Below are positions 37,062 to 38,889 of a stretch of 38,889 nt of DNA, piece after piece. Numbering within the stretch: position 1 is the first letter of the stretch; each line of letters starts with the position of its first letter. The position numbers were made by a program, and so were the translations under genes. Under the pieces are notes generated by a model. The model was given only the letters and a program-made list of their open reading frames with translations, was not told the DNA's origin and did no database searches. This DNA comes from Eubacteriales bacterium (GTDB lineage: Bacteria > Bacillota > Clostridia > Oscillospirales > CAG-272): contig JAZNPQ010000061.1 in assembly GCA_045589735.1 (NCBI GenBank), positions 1 through 38,889 on the forward strand, read 5' to 3'.

Positions 37062-38849
37062 ATGAAAACAATTTCTTATCAAAACGTTGAGCTTACCTCC
37101 GGATATCTTTTTGACAAGCAGGAATTAAATCGTAAAATAACGATCAACGCAGTATACGACAGATTTGACGATACCGGTCGCATCGGTGCTTTTAACTTTG
37201 ATTACAAAGAAGGCGATGAAAAAAAGCCCCACGTTTTCTGGGACAGTGACGTTGCAAAATGGATGGAAGGCGCTTGCTACATTCTCAAGAAGCATCGCAA
37301 CGCAGAGCTTGAAGCAAAGGTTGATGCACTCGTTGAAAATATCAAAAATCATCAGGGAAAGAACGGATATTTCAATATTTTCTTTACAGTATGTAAGCCT
37401 AACCGTCGCTTCACCGACAGAACCCGTCACGAGCTTTATTGCGCGGGACACCTTATGGAGGCCGCCGTTGCATATTCCGAGGCAACGGGAAAGAGAGATC
37501 TTCTTGACTGTATGGAAAGATATGCCGACTATATAAAGAAAGTCTTTGTTGACGAAAAATCCGCAGGGTTCATTTCTCCCGGACACGAAGAGATCGAGCT
37601 TGCGCTCATGAGAATGTACGTTCACACGGGCAAGAAAAAATTCCTTGACCTTGCAGAGCATTTCATAAATATCAGAGGAACCGAAGGCGATGCGATGTCA
37701 TCCTACGACCAGTCTCACATGCCCGTCAGAGAGCAGTCGGAGGCTGTCGGTCACGCGGTTCGTGCCGTATATCTTTACACAGGTATGGCATACCTTGCAA
37801 AGCAGACAAATGACAAACAGCTCCTTGAGGCTTGCAAGAAGCTTTGGAACAGTATTATCCACACAAAAATGTACGTAACCGGCGGTCTTGGCTCTACCTG
37901 CCTCAGCGAAGCATTCACAAACGCATACGACCTTCCGAACGACACAGCATATACAGAGACCTGCGCGGGTATCTCGCTTATGTTCTTTGCTAACGCAATG
38001 CTTGAGTTTGAAAACGATTCACAGTACGCAGATATTACAGAGCGTGTGCTTTATAACGGAGTTCTTTCGGGTATGTCTCTTGACGGCAAGTGCTTCTTCT
38101 ATGAAAATCCGCTTGAGATAAACCTTAATGAGCATATAACTCTTCTTCACGGAACACGCAGATTCCCCATAACACAGAGAGTTGAGTGCTTCAGCTGCTC
38201 TTGCTGCCCTCCCAATATCAACCGTCTGCTTGCATCGCTCGGAAACTACATCTACGGTGTTGACGGAGACACACTCTATGTTAACCAGTATATTTCATCT
38301 AAGCTCTCCGCTGACGGAATTACTGCTACTATGACAACCGAGTATCCTCACAAGGGTACTGTAAAGTTCACCGCAAACGGCACTGCCAAGATCGCGTTCA
38401 GAATTCCGTGGTGGTGTGAATCTTATGAGATAAACAAGCCCTATACCGTCAAGAACGGGTACGCGATAGTCGAAAACGACGGCAGCGAAACAGTAGTTGA
38501 ATTTGCTATAACCGTAAAGGCTGTTCACGCCGACCCGAGAGTAATTAGAGACGCAGGACGTATTTGCTTTATGCGCGGACCCGTCGTATACTGTGCCGAG
38601 GCTGTTGATAATGCTCACGGGCTTCACAGCTACAGAGTCTCTCCCGACGCAAAGGTCACCGAAAGCTATGACGAGTCCTTCGGTCTTATTACTCTTGAGC
38701 TTGACGCAAAGCATCTTATCGACTTTGAAGGTACGCTTTATTCAACAGAAGCGCCAAAAGCCGAAAATGCGGTTCTTAAGCTCATTCCTTACAACTGCTT
38801 TGCCAACAGAGGCGAGAGCGACATGCTCGTTTGGCTTCTCCACGACTAA
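37062..38849 (+). CDS. GH127 (DUF1680) glycoside hydrolase, beta-L-arabinofuranosidase-like (595 aa from ATG 37062)
   Basis: HELYCAGHL, the GHEE region, ETCA, and the Cys-rich motif ECFSCSCCPPN typical of the GH127 zinc/catalytic Cys site. SD AAGGAG lies upstream of the ATG at 37062. Confidence 0.85.
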   Translation: MKTISYQNVELTSGYLFDKQELNRKITINAVYDRFDDTGRIGAFNFDYKEGDEKKPHVFWDSDVAKWMEGACYILKKHRNAELEAKVDALVENIKNHQGKNGYFNIFFTVCKPNRRFTDRTRHELYCAGHLMEAAVAYSEATGKRDLLDCMERYADYIKKVFVDEKSAGFISPGHEEIELALMRMYVHTGKKKFLDLAEHFINIRGTEGDAMSSYDQSHMPVREQSEAVGHAVRAVYLYTGMAYLAKQTNDKQLLEACKKLWNSIIHTKMYVTGGLGSTCLSEAFTNAYDLPNDTAYTETCAGISLMFFANAMLEFENDSQYADITERVLYNGVLSGMSLDGKCFFYENPLEINLNEHITLLHGTRRFPITQRVECFSCSCCPPNINRLLASLGNYIYGVDGDTLYVNQYISSKLSADGITATMTTEYPHKGTVKFTANGTAKIAFRIPWWCESYEINKPYTVKNGYAIVENDGSETVVEFAITVKAVHADPRVIRDAGRICFMRGPVVYCAEAVDNAHGLHSYRVSPDAKVTESYDESFGLITLELDAKHLIDFEGTLYSTEAPKAENAVLKLIPYNCFANRGESDMLVWLLHD

Positions 38850-38869
38850 TATATCTATTTAATATTTTC

Positions 38870-38889
38870 GGCGGCTCAAAAGAGCCGCC
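38870..38889 (+). terminator. Terminator hairpin (cut by the window end)
   Basis: GGCGGCTC-AAAA-GAGCCGCC, 20 nt after the GH127 stop. The U-tract is not visible because the window ends. Confidence 0.55.

Overview
This window looks like a chromosomal segment from a low/mid-GC Firmicute, probably a Clostridia/Oscillospiraceae-like gut anaerobe. That assignment is inferred from gene content and promoter style only. It is mostly core metabolism and housekeeping. Left to right: a visibly AT-rich edge with a divergent XRE regulator / SLOG-fold gene pair; type III glutamine synthetase plus a coupled small membrane protein; ROK glucokinase; a GH2 beta-galactosidase overlapping a metallophosphoesterase; an rsuA-like pseudouridine synthase and tex; an orphan MsmX/MalK-type sugar ABC ATPase; one 997-aa ORF fusing a 12-TM MFS transporter to a GH2 glycosidase; tpiA-pgk; an ABC-2 exporter pair plus a hypothetical; an acidic lipoprotein; the conserved recR-ybaB-dnaX block preceded by a long Bacillus-type SRP RNA; an ArsB/NhaD-type permease; a complete 10-gene his operon (hisZGDCBHAF-IE-hisJ); and an AraC regulator, a possible permuted-papain protein and a GH127 enzyme. 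I saw no rRNA, tRNA, CRISPR array, transposase, integrase or recognisable defence system. Many intergenic regions carry near-consensus TTGACA-17-TATAAT promoters (often TGn-extended) and clear hairpin terminators. I cannot point to a convincing novel multi-gene system. The items most worth follow-up are the MFS-GH2 fusion with its ~200-nt leader, a ~270-bp element bounded by nested inverted repeats next to the ABC-2 operon, a GC-rich double-hairpin segment between two terminators, the XRE/SLOG pair, and a perfect 12-bp palindrome over the his promoter -35. All coordinates were hand-indexed and no database search was run.
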